From the sequence record PQ314493: a stretch of 44,679 nucleotides of DNA, one strand, 5' to 3'. The notes under the pieces are model-generated. The model did not search any database, was not told the origin of the DNA, and saw only the letters and a program-made list of their open reading frames with translations. Positions within the stretch are counted from its first letter, which is position 1. Each line of letters starts with the position of its first letter. The position numbers and the translations under genes were made by a program. Shown piece after piece: positions 1 through 8,339 of this stretch. Source of the DNA: Escherichia phage vB_EcoS_UALMA_PCEc3.

Positions 1-261
1 ATGAGCAAGTACGACCGCGAGATTATTGGTATTGATGGCACAGTAACAACAGTAGATGTTTATCGCGTTCTTGATGCGTTCAGCGTATCTTACCCAGCCA
101 CTCAGCATGCGGTAAAGAAGATGCTTTGTATGGGGTTGCGTGGACACAAGGATTACATAACCGACCTTAACGACTCAATCGAGTCATTACAGAAAGCCAA
201 GGAGCTTTACGGGCAAAAGATGATTCATCAATCAGATAAATCAAATCTGCGTGGTAAATAG
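1..261 (+). CDS. hypothetical early protein (86 aa)
   Basis: ORF from track; TAG stop (259-261) lies inside box copy 1. Confidence 0.45.
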   Translation: MSKYDREIIGIDGTVTTVDVYRVLDAFSVSYPATQHAVKKMLCMGLRGHKDYITDLNDSIESLQKAKELYGQKMIHQSDKSNLRGK

Positions 262-276
262 CACGAATTGCTAAAC
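256..276 (+). promoter_or_regulatory. palindromic box copy (aaaTAGCACGAATTGCTAAAc); -10 TATAGT at 296-301
   Basis: TAGCA-N5-TGCTA inverted repeat; 22-nt spacer to -10. Confidence 0.6.
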
Positions 277-330
277 CATCTCCGCAGGGTTTTGTTATAG
301 TTAGTTCACACCAAACGAGAGGAAAAAAAG

Positions 331-561
331 ATGATTACAATTAACCTGTCAGAGAAAGATGCGTCAACACTCAAGCAGCTTCTTTCAGGAAATCCGGTGC
401 ACACTAATGTTTATAACTTTGGTGAAGTAGAAAGGGAGGTTATCGCACAAATAAACAACCAGCAATTCGACGTAAGTGACTTCGAAAGTTCTAGACAATA
501 CGAGGCGATGAGCGTCAATGCTGCATACCTGACCAACTGGGATAAGGCGACTAATAAATGA
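331..561 (+). CDS. hypothetical protein (76 aa)
   Basis: ORF preceded by box/-10/leader cassette and RBS gagagg; stop overlaps next start (ATGA). Confidence 0.5.
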   Translation: MITINLSEKDASTLKQLLSGNPVHTNVYNFGEVEREVIAQINNQQFDVSDFESSRQYEAMSVNAAYLTNWDKATNK

Positions 562-884
562 TTTACATCCACACATATGGCGTAGGCAAGTTCGGAAAAG
601 AGATTCATCGCACTGTTCACGATACGAAGGAATCAGCCGAAGCAGCACAAAAAGTTCTAGGCGGTGAGTTCAAGGCTTACCGCGAATCCGATGACTCAGT
701 TGATTGCTGGCGTGTAGAGCACATGCGAAACGTGCTTGAAAGTGAAGTATCCGAGCTTATAGACAACATGACATGTCACGGCCCAGGCGGTCCATGGGAG
801 GAGCCAGGATCACCGGAATGGGATTGCGAAAAAGTTGAAACTATGAACAAGATTAGCGATATAATTGATGGTGTTTATCAGTGA
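558..884 (+). CDS. hypothetical protein (108 aa)
   Basis: ORF translationally coupled to upstream gene (ATGA overlap at 558-561). Confidence 0.5.
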   Translation: MIYIHTYGVGKFGKEIHRTVHDTKESAEAAQKVLGGEFKAYRESDDSVDCWRVEHMRNVLESEVSELIDNMTCHGPGGPWEEPGSPEWDCEKVETMNKISDIIDGVYQ

Positions 885-975
885 TTTTTTGATAAAATGA
901 TGCATCCTTAACGCCTCTTGGCAGCAGAAGGTGCTCGGTGGCACAATCAAGGTTTGCGAGATAATTAAAGAATAC

Positions 976-996
976 AAATAGCACTAATTGCTAAAC
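976..996 (+). promoter_or_regulatory. palindromic box copy; -10 TATAGT ~1016-1021
   Basis: aaatagcactaattgctaaac. Confidence 0.55.
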
Positions 997-1051
997 CATC
1001 ATTGGGGTAATTTGTTATAGTTACCACACCCAAACTAACGAGGTTATAAGA

Positions 1052-1156
1052 ATGAGTGAATTAATTAAAACTATCGCGGACTATCCATTTGCTTCGCTTT
1101 TTCTTGCTCTTGCAATATATGAAATTGTAAAGATTATTGTAAAATGTATTAAATAG
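1052..1156 (+). CDS. small hydrophobic peptide (34 aa, MSELIKTIADYPFASLFLALAIYEIVKIIVKCIK)
   Basis: ATG after RBS gagg; downstream of box copy 2 cassette; TAG stop inside box copy 3; below track size cutoff. Confidence 0.3.
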   Translation: MSELIKTIADYPFASLFLALAIYEIVKIIVKCIK

Positions 1157-1171
1157 CACGAATTTCTAAAA
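1151..1171 (+). promoter_or_regulatory. palindromic box copy; -10 TATAGT ~1191-1196
   Basis: aaatagcacgaatttctaaaa. Confidence 0.55.
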
Positions 1172-1226
1172 CATTATCGGGGTATCTTGCTATAGTTACC
1201 CCATCAAAACGAAACAGGAAGCAGAA

Positions 1227-1406
1227 ATGAAATTTCAACAAGGCGAGCCAAAGCTACAAGCCAACCACTTCGACGGCTACGCAACATTCATCATTGCTCA
1301 GGCTTTCGGAATGCGTGAAGACCCACAGGTTCACACCATTCACATGACTGAAGAGCAGGCCCGAGAGTTGGCATACGAAATTCTAGAGCAATTGAATAAG
1401 ATTTAA
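1227..1406 (+). CDS. small protein (59 aa)
   Basis: ATG after RBS aggaag following box copy 3 cassette. Confidence 0.35.
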   Translation: MKFQQGEPKLQANHFDGYATFIIAQAFGMREDPQVHTIHMTEEQARELAYEILEQLNKI

Positions 1407-1457
1407 CGCGCACAAAACGCATTCTTACGAACAATAATTTAAGTAAGGTGATTAATC

Positions 1458-1583
1458 ATGGAAGTGCAAGAGAGCGCCGTAGAGTGGTGCAAGAGAATGC
1501 AGGACGAAGCTAAGACGGGTGAAGAGGCGATGGCTTACTACGAGATGGCGCAAATGTGGATGGAGCGGGAGAAGAAAGAATGA
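1458..1583 (+). CDS. small protein (41 aa)
   Basis: ATG after RBS aaggtg; stop overlaps next start. Confidence 0.3.
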   Translation: MEVQESAVEWCKRMQDEAKTGEEAMAYYEMAQMWMEREKKE

Positions 1584-1723
1584 GTTTCACTGAATACGTG
1601 ATCGCATGCGAGCGACTGGTCTTTGATATGAAAACCTTCCACTGGTTCATCATTAAGGATTTAATCAAGCCTTATAAGCAGGGCGTTACGCCGGGGCGGT
1701 TTGTTAAGTCATTTTATAAATAG
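1580..1723 (+). CDS. small protein (47 aa)
   Basis: ATGA overlap with upstream ORF; TAG stop inside box copy 4. Confidence 0.3.
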   Translation: MSFTEYVIACERLVFDMKTFHWFIIKDLIKPYKQGVTPGRFVKSFYK

Positions 1724-1738
1724 CACGAATTGCTCAAC
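1718..1738 (+). promoter_or_regulatory. palindromic box copy; -10 TATAAT ~1758-1763
   Basis: aaatagcacgaattgctcaac. Confidence 0.55.
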
Positions 1739-1793
1739 GCAGTCGACACGGATGGCATATAATCACCTTACCAACACAACGAGAGATTGAGAC

Positions 1794-1934
1794 ATGAAGA
1801 ACACATATAAATTTTATTATGAAGAAGAGTTTGTGGATGATTTAATTTACTTCAATGAGAAATATGGCGACGAGTTCGTCTGCAATGGGGATGAAATGGA
1901 AGTGACTGCAAGCTTCAGCAGGGGGTTGAATTAA
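1794..1934 (+). CDS. small protein (46 aa)
   Basis: ATG after box copy 4 cassette and RBS gagag; stop overlaps start of next ORF. Confidence 0.3.
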   Translation: MKNTYKFYYEEEFVDDLIYFNEKYGDEFVCNGDEMEVTASFSRGLN

Positions 1935-2173
1935 TGTTCGGATTATCAGAAGCGCACTTTAACGCAGTTAAACGTCAGGCTGCAAAGTTGAACGAAGAGT
2001 ACAGCAAGTTATCGCCAAAGCAGCGCAATGATGATAAGCAGGTTGCAGCATTGATTTCGAAGATGTGGGAGCCAGTTTTTACAATCATTAGTCGGGACCG
2101 TTTTGTTTGGACTAGCGGATATCTTAAGGGACGTGTTGGTCATGACGAGAATGGGAATAGCCTTTATGAGTAA
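1934..2173 (+). CDS. hypothetical protein (79 aa)
   Basis: ORF from track, coupled to upstream small ORF. Confidence 0.45.
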   Translation: MFGLSEAHFNAVKRQAAKLNEEYSKLSPKQRNDDKQVAALISKMWEPVFTIISRDRFVWTSGYLKGRVGHDENGNSLYE

Positions 2174-2273
2174 GTTCATCGATTGCGTTATTTACACGCT
2201 ATGCGTAGCGCTGGCTTCGGCTTCGGTTATGTTAATCATTGCGGCGATTATGATGATGTTGGGGTATGTATGA
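2166..2273 (+). CDS. small membrane peptide (35 aa, hydrophobic core CVALASASVMLIIAAIMMMLG)
   Basis: short ORF overlapping stop of 1934..2173; single hydrophobic segment. Confidence 0.3.
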   Translation: MSKFIDCVIYTLCVALASASVMLIIAAIMMMLGYV

Positions 2274-2334
2274 GTGAGTTAACAATCTGGTTTATCGCGG
2301 GGTTGATTACTTGGGCTTATTTTATGGTGGTTGC

Positions 2335-2643
2335 ATGAGAACATTGAGACAGATTTTGCACTGTTGCAAGAAGCATCATTATGTTTACTTTCGTGATATT
2401 AAATGGTTCGAGGAGGCTCATTGCAAGTATGGTTTTAAAACAAAGTTAAAATGTACAAAATGTATGCACGTTGCTAACAGCAAGATTGACATGATGATTT
2501 GCCGCAGCACACTTTACGAAATCGCATATTGGAAACTCGAGTCACTGAAATCAGAGAGGCGGGAACCAAAGGATCTGTTCGGATACCAGCCTAAAGAATA
2601 TCCGCACATTTGGGTGATTGGAAAACCACCAGTTAAACCGTAA
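2335..2643 (+). CDS. Cys/His-rich small protein (possible zinc-binding)
   Basis: track ORF 2311..2643; likely ATG at 2335 (MRTLRQILHCCKKHH...); multiple Cys/His. Confidence 0.4.
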   Translation: MRTLRQILHCCKKHHYVYFRDIKWFEEAHCKYGFKTKLKCTKCMHVANSKIDMMICRSTLYEIAYWKLESLKSERREPKDLFGYQPKEYPHIWVIGKPPVKP

Positions 2644-2657
2644 TTGTTAAAAAGAGC

Positions 2658-2686
2658 TTGCATCACTGACTGGAATTATCTAATAT
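2658..2686 (+). promoter_or_regulatory. sigma70-like promoter for tRNA locus (TTGCAT-17 nt-TAATAT)
   Basis: -35 TTGCAT 2658-2663, 17-nt spacer, -10 TAATAT 2681-2686. Confidence 0.5.
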
Positions 2687-2852
2687 TAACCAAGTAGACA
2701 AACGAGGCCACTAAGTGGCAACGGCGCACGGAGCGCAACTACTAAGTCCGTTGCTCATTAAGTAGCGTATGCGGCATTAAGACCTAGCGCAAATAGGCAG
2801 ATTAATCGGCTGTATCAGGCAGCCCCGGAGCCGTAACCGGGAATCATTAAAA

Positions 2853-2929
2853 GCTCTGCTAGCTCAACAGGACAGCAGCAACGACCTTCTAAGTCGTAGG
2901 TTACTGGTTCGAATCCAGTGCGGAGCGCC
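2853..2929 (+). tRNA. tRNA-Arg (anticodon TCT)
   Basis: 7-bp acceptor stem GCTCTGC/GCGGAGC, U8, D-loop with GG, anticodon stem acgac/gtcgt with loop cTTCTaa, T-arm actgg-TTCGAAT-ccagt, discriminator G and encoded CCA. Confidence 0.8.
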
Positions 2930-2936
2930 AAATTAA

Positions 2937-3038
2937 CGTCGCGTTGCTAATGTTGGCCAAAGGGTGGAGCTTATACCTCCATAAAGCAATCTCCAGATAA
3001 GAGATGTAACGCAGGTTCGATTCCTGCCGCGACGACCA
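2937..3038 (+). tRNA. atypical tRNA-like RNA (~99 nt + CCA; anticodon unresolved, candidates GAT or TAT)
   Basis: perfect 7-bp acceptor pairing cgtcgcg/cgcgacg, canonical T-arm gcagg-TTCGATT-cctgc, encoded CCA; ~25 extra nt relative to a standard tRNA. Confidence 0.35.
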
Positions 3039-3053
3039 ATAAAGGAGTTCATT

Positions 3054-3236
3054 ATGTGGGATGTGAAGTTGTCCATTCGCTTAATGGGCCGCTCGTGCAA
3101 GAATTGCACTCAAGATTATATCGCGTCAGTTGCCGCAATCAGCGCTGAGGATGCGGTAGCGAAAGTAAAGGATATGTCAGGCGCTGACCCTGACACCCAC
3201 AAATTCCTGGTAGCTTACGTTCGTGAGCAAAAGTAA
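3054..3236 (+). CDS. hypothetical protein (60 aa)
   Basis: ORF immediately after tRNA locus with RBS aaaggag. Confidence 0.45.
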   Translation: MWDVKLSIRLMGRSCKNCTQDYIASVAAISAEDAVAKVKDMSGADPDTHKFLVAYVREQK

Positions 3237-3280
3237 AAAGTGTTATACCCTCGTTAAGTTTCGTTTCTCTCGTTGTTTTT

Positions 3281-3305
3281 AGCCCTCGCTTGAGGGCTTT
3301 TTTTC
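3281..3305 (+). terminator. rho-independent terminator
   Basis: hairpin agccctcgcttgagggct followed by T-run. Confidence 0.6.
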
Positions 3306-3315
3306 GTCTGCAATA

Positions 3316-3324
3316 TGGTATAAT
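3316..3324 (+). promoter_or_regulatory. extended -10 promoter (TGgTATAAT) upstream of terminase genes
   Basis: TG at 3316-3317, TATAAT 3319-3324, RBS aaggagg then ATG 3348. Confidence 0.45.
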
Positions 3325-3347
3325 CTGACCTCAACAAAGGAGGATTT

Positions 3348-3854
3348 ATGAGCAAAGCAGCATTAAAGATGGGCGAGGGAAATTTCAAGGCGCTCTACAA
3401 CAAGAAGTATGGCGATATTGCTATGGTGGCAATCAACCGCAAGTACACACCTGAGGAAGTTTTCGATTTCGCAGTGAGATACTTCTCCTGGGCTGAGAGT
3501 GAGGCAATAAAAGCTATTGAGACGGCGGCATATCATGGCGTGGTTAGCGAGAACTTAGTGTACAAGCCGAGAGTGTTCACCCTAACGGGTTTGGCGCTCT
3601 TCATGGGTGTTAACATCAATAGATTCGCTCGCTGGCGTACTGAGGCTGGATACTCTGATGTGATGGAATTTATTGATAACGTAATCTACGAGCAAAAATA
3701 TCAACTTGGCGTTGCAGGTATCATCAACTCTACTATCGTTGGTAAAGAGCTTGGCATTGATAAGCCGCAGGAGATTAAGATTAGCAACAACTCTACAGCT
3801 AACGACGTTGATAGTATGAAGGAAGCGCTGGAGTCAGTGATTAGTAAGCTATAA
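3348..3854 (+). CDS. putative terminase small subunit
   Basis: 168-aa ORF immediately upstream of large terminase; position/size only. Confidence 0.45.
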   Translation: MSKAALKMGEGNFKALYNKKYGDIAMVAINRKYTPEEVFDFAVRYFSWAESEAIKAIETAAYHGVVSENLVYKPRVFTLTGLALFMGVNINRFARWRTEAGYSDVMEFIDNVIYEQKYQLGVAGIINSTIVGKELGIDKPQEIKISNNSTANDVDSMKEALESVISKL

Positions 3855-3963
3855 CAATAAGAGGGTATAACATGATTATTTGCACATTTCTTGGTTGGTG
3901 GATGATAACCAGGAATCTTAACGCAGGACTGCTATATATAGCTATTAATCTGGGGGTTTCTCA

Positions 3964-5529
3964 ATGTCTTTAGTATGGGAAGAAATGACCATTCAGGAAA
4001 AGATGGCTGTCAAGGCGATATCAGAACACAGCTTCGAGGGTTTCCTTCGCTGCTGGTTCCAGATCACGCAAGGCGAGCGATACATCCCCAACTGGCATCA
4101 CAAGTACTTGTGCAGAATTATCGACGAGATTATCGCAGGGGAGCGCAAAGACACCATCATTAACATAGCGCCAGGTAGCGGGAAGACGGAAATCACATCA
4201 ATCCACTTCCCCGTCTACTCGATGCTAAAGCTAAAGAAGGTTCGCAACCTTAATATCTCGTTTTCCGACTCAAACGTGAAACGCAATTCAAAGCGAGTCC
4301 GGGACCTGATATCGTCAAAGGAGTTCCAGGAGCTATGGCCTTGCAAGTTCGGAACAAATAAGGATGACGAAATTCAGATCGTCGACGACGGCGGAAAGGT
4401 TAGATTCGAGTCCATATCAGCATCAAAAGGAGGTAGAATTACCGGTACGCGTGGTGGATACATCACCGACACATACAGTGGGGCGGTAATGCTGGATGAC
4501 TTCGATAAGCCCGACGAGATGTTTTCATCTGTATACAGAGCTAAGAGTCACACGTTACTTGGGAACACAATTCGCTCACGTCGCGCAAGTTCGGTAAAAG
4601 GGAAGGCAACTCCAATTATCCAGATTCAACAGCGACTTCACGTCAATGACTCAACATGGTTCATGCTTAGCGGCGGTATGGGGATTGATTTTGATTTGGT
4701 GAAAATACCCGCACTGGTTACTGAGGATTACGTTGACACACTACCTGACTGGATTAAGCAGCAATTCATTGATGATGTGTTATCAAGCGAATACGTTGAG
4801 CGTGACGGAGTGAAGTATTACAGCTACTTTCCTGGGAAGGAGTCTGTACATGACTTAATCGCCATGTGGGATGCTGACCAATACACGTTCCTTAGTCAGT
4901 ACCAGCAGGAACCTGTAGCTCTGGGCGGTAATCTTATTAATGTGGATTGGTTCCAGCGCCTTAGTGATACATTTAGGCCCCCAGCTAAGTACGATTATAG
5001 ATTCATAACTTGCGATACTGCGATGACCACTAAAAGTTACAGCGACTTCTCAGTTCTGCAGCTATGGGGCTATAAGGATGCTAAGATTTACCTTATAGAC
5101 CAGCGCAGAGGTAAATGGGAGGCACCAGAGTTGGAAGCTGAACTACTGGACTTCGAGAGGAAATCAAGGGCAACCAGTCAGTCAGATGGCATCCTCCGTA
5201 AAATCATCATCGAGAAAAAGGCATCTGGTATCGGCCTAATTCAATCGGCAGGTAGAGTGATGCGAACACCGATAGAGCCATACGTTCCGGATAACGACAA
5301 GCTTACTCGCGTAATGAGCTCATTGCCTCAGATTAAGGCTGGCAATGTAGTTCTTCCAGAGTCATCGCCGTGGCTAAACGGATTGCTCACTGAGGTTGCG
5401 GCTTTTACGGCAGATGACTCGCATAAGCACGACGACCAAATTGACTGTCTAACAATGGCGGTAAACCTTGTACTTAACATCGCTGATGATCCTAAGGCGA
5501 GACTGATGCGCATAGCGGGAATGAAATAG
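3964..5529 (+). CDS. terminase large subunit
   Basis: 521 aa; P-loop-like NIAPGSGKTEIT near N-terminus; position before portal; TAG stop inside box copy 5. Confidence 0.8.
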   Translation: MSLVWEEMTIQEKMAVKAISEHSFEGFLRCWFQITQGERYIPNWHHKYLCRIIDEIIAGERKDTIINIAPGSGKTEITSIHFPVYSMLKLKKVRNLNISFSDSNVKRNSKRVRDLISSKEFQELWPCKFGTNKDDEIQIVDDGGKVRFESISASKGGRITGTRGGYITDTYSGAVMLDDFDKPDEMFSSVYRAKSHTLLGNTIRSRRASSVKGKATPIIQIQQRLHVNDSTWFMLSGGMGIDFDLVKIPALVTEDYVDTLPDWIKQQFIDDVLSSEYVERDGVKYYSYFPGKESVHDLIAMWDADQYTFLSQYQQEPVALGGNLINVDWFQRLSDTFRPPAKYDYRFITCDTAMTTKSYSDFSVLQLWGYKDAKIYLIDQRRGKWEAPELEAELLDFERKSRATSQSDGILRKIIIEKKASGIGLIQSAGRVMRTPIEPYVPDNDKLTRVMSSLPQIKAGNVVLPESSPWLNGLLTEVAAFTADDSHKHDDQIDCLTMAVNLVLNIADDPKARLMRIAGMK

Positions 5530-5544
5530 CACAAATTGCTAAAC
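5524..5544 (+). promoter_or_regulatory. palindromic box copy; -10 TATAGT 5564-5569
   Basis: aaatagcacaaattgctaaac; contains TAG stop of terminase large subunit. Confidence 0.6.
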
Positions 5545-5598
5545 ACTAAAGCCACGGATGGCGTATAGTTACCTCACACAAACGAGAGGAGAAGAAAG

Positions 5599-5931
5599 AT
5601 GAAGGCAGTATTTAAAGGTTATAAAAAAGCTGGTTATTTGGAATTTACTATTGGTAAGATTTATGAGTTATCAGAAACACGCGGAGTGGGTGGATATATG
5701 GGGGTGACTGATGATAGTGGCTTTCAGGCGCTATTGATCCCAGGCAACATCTATGATTTCGAGGTGTTGATCCCAGATAATTTTATCGGTAAAGAAAAGC
5801 AATTCAAATACTATATCAATGGCGAAGCTGTTTCTAAAGTCAAGTTCGATGATACGCTGTTATGCGTCAAGGAATTTAAATCTGATGGCATTGACACATC
5901 ATCAATCAAGTTCGAAGTAAAATTCGAGTAA
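5599..5931 (+). CDS. hypothetical protein (110 aa) in a moron-like unit
   Basis: own box/-10/leader cassette upstream and strong terminator downstream, inserted between terminase and portal. Confidence 0.5.
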   Translation: MKAVFKGYKKAGYLEFTIGKIYELSETRGVGGYMGVTDDSGFQALLIPGNIYDFEVLIPDNFIGKEKQFKYYINGEAVSKVKFDDTLLCVKEFKSDGIDTSSIKFEVKFE

Positions 5932-5952
5932 CCACAAAAGCTATGATAAACT

Positions 5953-5977
5953 AGCCCCCTACATGGGGCTTTTTTTA
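5953..5977 (+). terminator. rho-independent terminator
   Basis: hairpin agccccctacatggggct + T7 run. Confidence 0.65.
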
Positions 5978-5989
5978 TTGGAGAAAAAC

Positions 5990-7258
5990 ATGGTCAAGAC
6001 AGACAGCTACGCCAATATCTTTCTAGGCGGTGGTGATGGTAGTGAGATTTACGGAAGCTTACATAATCAGGCGCCTACAGTTCTGGCTTCTCTTTATGCG
6101 GATAACGCGCTGGTGCGTAGAATTATCGACACAATCCCGGAGACGGCATTGGCGGCAGGGTTCCACATTGATGGTATTGATGATGAGCCAGCATTTTGGT
6201 CGCGCTGGGACTACTTAGAGCTAACAAAACACATCAATGAAGCCTGGTCGTGGGCTAGATTGTTCGGAGGCTCTGCAATTGTTGCTATCGTTAAGGATAA
6301 TAGAGCATTAACAAGTCCGGTCAGAGAAGGTGCAGAACTTGAAACTGTTCGCGTATACGATCGTACACAAGTAAAAGTGGAGACTAGAGAAGAGAATCCA
6401 CGTAACGCACGTTTTGGTAAGCCACTGACCTATCGCATTACCACTAACGAAAGCGATATGTTCTACGACGTGCACTACAGCCGCATTCACATTATTGATG
6501 GCGAGCGAGTTCCTAACGCAATGCGTCGGCAGAATGATGGCTGGGGTCGCAGCGTTCTCTCCAGTGACATTCTTTACTCAATCAAGGATTACACCAACTG
6601 CGAAAGGCTGGCGACTCAACTGCTCAAGCGTAAACAGCAAGCGGTCTGGAAAGTCAAGGACCTGGCATTGCTTTGTGATGATAGTGAAGGAGTTGGCGCG
6701 GCTCGTTTACGTCTCGCTCAAGTTGATAACAACAGCGGAGTTGGTCAGGCAATTGGCATTGATGCGGAATCGGAAGAATACAGCATTCTGAACTCTGATA
6801 TTGGTGGGATTGATGCGTTCCTGGATAAGAAGTTCGACAGAATCGTTGCTCTGAGCGGCATCCATGAAATAATCCTGAAGAACAAGAACGTCGGCGGCTT
6901 ATCATCAAGCCAGAATACAGCGCTTGAGACATTCCATAAGCTAGTCGATCGCAAGCGTAACGCTGAGCTACTGCCGATTCTAGGGTTCCTGATTCCGTTC
7001 ATTTCAGACGAGCAAGAATGGTCAGTTGAGTTTAATCCCTTAGCTCATGAGTCAGGCAAGGATAAAGCTGAGATTCTGGAGAAGAACGTAAGCAGCATTG
7101 CGACGCTAATTGCATCTGGCGCCATGGATAAGAACGAAGCACGTGATACACTACGCACTATCGCACCAGAGATTAAGATTGGTGATAATGATATTCAGGC
7201 CGAGGAATCGGAGTTAATTACAGAGACAGAGGTTGTTAATGAAGAAATTGCGATATGA
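5990..7258 (+). CDS. portal protein (putative)
   Basis: ~420 aa ORF after terminase; track start 5963 is an ATG inside the terminator hairpin, likely true start ATG 5990 after RBS ggagaaa. Confidence 0.6.
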   Translation: MVKTDSYANIFLGGGDGSEIYGSLHNQAPTVLASLYADNALVRRIIDTIPETALAAGFHIDGIDDEPAFWSRWDYLELTKHINEAWSWARLFGGSAIVAIVKDNRALTSPVREGAELETVRVYDRTQVKVETREENPRNARFGKPLTYRITTNESDMFYDVHYSRIHIIDGERVPNAMRRQNDGWGRSVLSSDILYSIKDYTNCERLATQLLKRKQQAVWKVKDLALLCDDSEGVGAARLRLAQVDNNSGVGQAIGIDAESEEYSILNSDIGGIDAFLDKKFDRIVALSGIHEIILKNKNVGGLSSSQNTALETFHKLVDRKRNAELLPILGFLIPFISDEQEWSVEFNPLAHESGKDKAEILEKNVSSIATLIASGAMDKNEARDTLRTIAPEIKIGDNDIQAEESELITETEVVNEEIAI

Positions 7259-8327
7259 CAGTGCGAAGGTGAAAGCCAGATTTGATGAAAACGGCTTTCT
7301 GGTTGATACCCCTATCGTTGCGCGTATCGGGGTGCAAACCTATTACCTTCCAGACGGCACGGAACGGAGAGAATTTAGACCAGCCTCAGAGGTCTTTAAG
7401 CCTGATTCTCTGGCTAGTTATCAGGGTAAGCCAATTACATTAGGTCATGTGTTTGTTAACTCAGATAATGCTAAAGAGGTCGTTGTAGGCGCGGTATCTG
7501 GATCAGCGATGCGCGAAGATTCAAATGTGATTGTTCCACTAACTGTTTACGACAAGGAATCAATCGAGAAGGCCAAAAATGGAATTGCTGGTGAGCTGTC
7601 TGTTGGGTACTCAACTGTTGACGTTGAGTCTAAAGGATGGGGCAGTAACGAAACTGGTGAGTATAAGCTAGATGGCGAGTATCAATCACAGGATGAAATT
7701 CCTTCTGACTGGGTTAGATTCGATGCGTTGCAAACTGAAATTAAAGTAAACCATGTCGCGCTGGTATACAAAGGGAGAGCCCAAGTAGCAAAGTTAAATT
7801 TTGACGCTCAACAGGAAAACCCGTATACTACTGACGTTGATATCAATAAAGAGGATAAACAGGAAATGATTAAGATTAAACTCGACGGCGCGAAGGAATT
7901 TGAAGTCGCCCCGGAAGTCGCTTCTCACATCGAAGCGCTGAACGCAAAGGCTGACACCGCAATCGCAGAGCGCGATTCTCTGAAAGCTAAAGTAGATGCA
8001 ATGCCAGCTGAAATCGAAGCTGCCGTTGCTAAAGCGAAAGCTGATGCTGATGCCCTAGCCGCTCTGGTTGCTGTTGCTGCTGAGGCTGGTGTTAAGGCTG
8101 ACGGTCTGGATGCTAAAGGCATTAAAGTTTCTTACGTTAAAGAAGTCTCCGGTCTTGATGTTAGTGAGAAGTCTGACGCATACATCGACGCGGCATTCGA
8201 CATTGCCAAAGAATCTGATAAAATGGCTGAAGTGCGTAAAGCGACTACCGCTTCCGACAAATCTGACAGCGCCGATGAGCCTAAGAAATTAGACCCGCGT
8301 GCTCGTTTAGCTAAAATTAAGAAATAA
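7239..8327 (+). CDS. head maturation protease/scaffold-like protein (putative)
   Basis: follows portal; C-terminal Ala/Lys/Asp/Glu-rich coiled-coil-like region typical of scaffolds; ATG 7239 (track start is TTG 7233). Confidence 0.45.
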   Translation: MKKLRYDSAKVKARFDENGFLVDTPIVARIGVQTYYLPDGTERREFRPASEVFKPDSLASYQGKPITLGHVFVNSDNAKEVVVGAVSGSAMREDSNVIVPLTVYDKESIEKAKNGIAGELSVGYSTVDVESKGWGSNETGEYKLDGEYQSQDEIPSDWVRFDALQTEIKVNHVALVYKGRAQVAKLNFDAQQENPYTTDVDINKEDKQEMIKIKLDGAKEFEVAPEVASHIEALNAKADTAIAERDSLKAKVDAMPAEIEAAVAKAKADADALAALVAVAAEAGVKADGLDAKGIKVSYVKEVSGLDVSEKSDAYIDAAFDIAKESDKMAEVRKATTASDKSDSADEPKKLDPRARLAKIKK

Positions 8328-8339
8328 GGAGTTATAAAC

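Noticed and set aside
256-276. Box interpreted as a canonical sigma70 -35 hexamer (TTGCTA)
   Set aside because: Spacing to the -10 is consistently 22 nt rather than 16-18, so it is unlikely to act as a standard -35; an activator/operator role is more consistent, though untested.
6030-7002. Several internal and antisense ORFs inside the portal gene (6030..6218, 6308..6490, 6495..6791, 6654..6932, 6745..7002)
   Set aside because: Nested within a long, well-supported structural gene; typical six-frame noise. The same applies to antisense ORFs inside terminase, tape measure, gpJ-like, tail fiber, helicase and NTPase genes.
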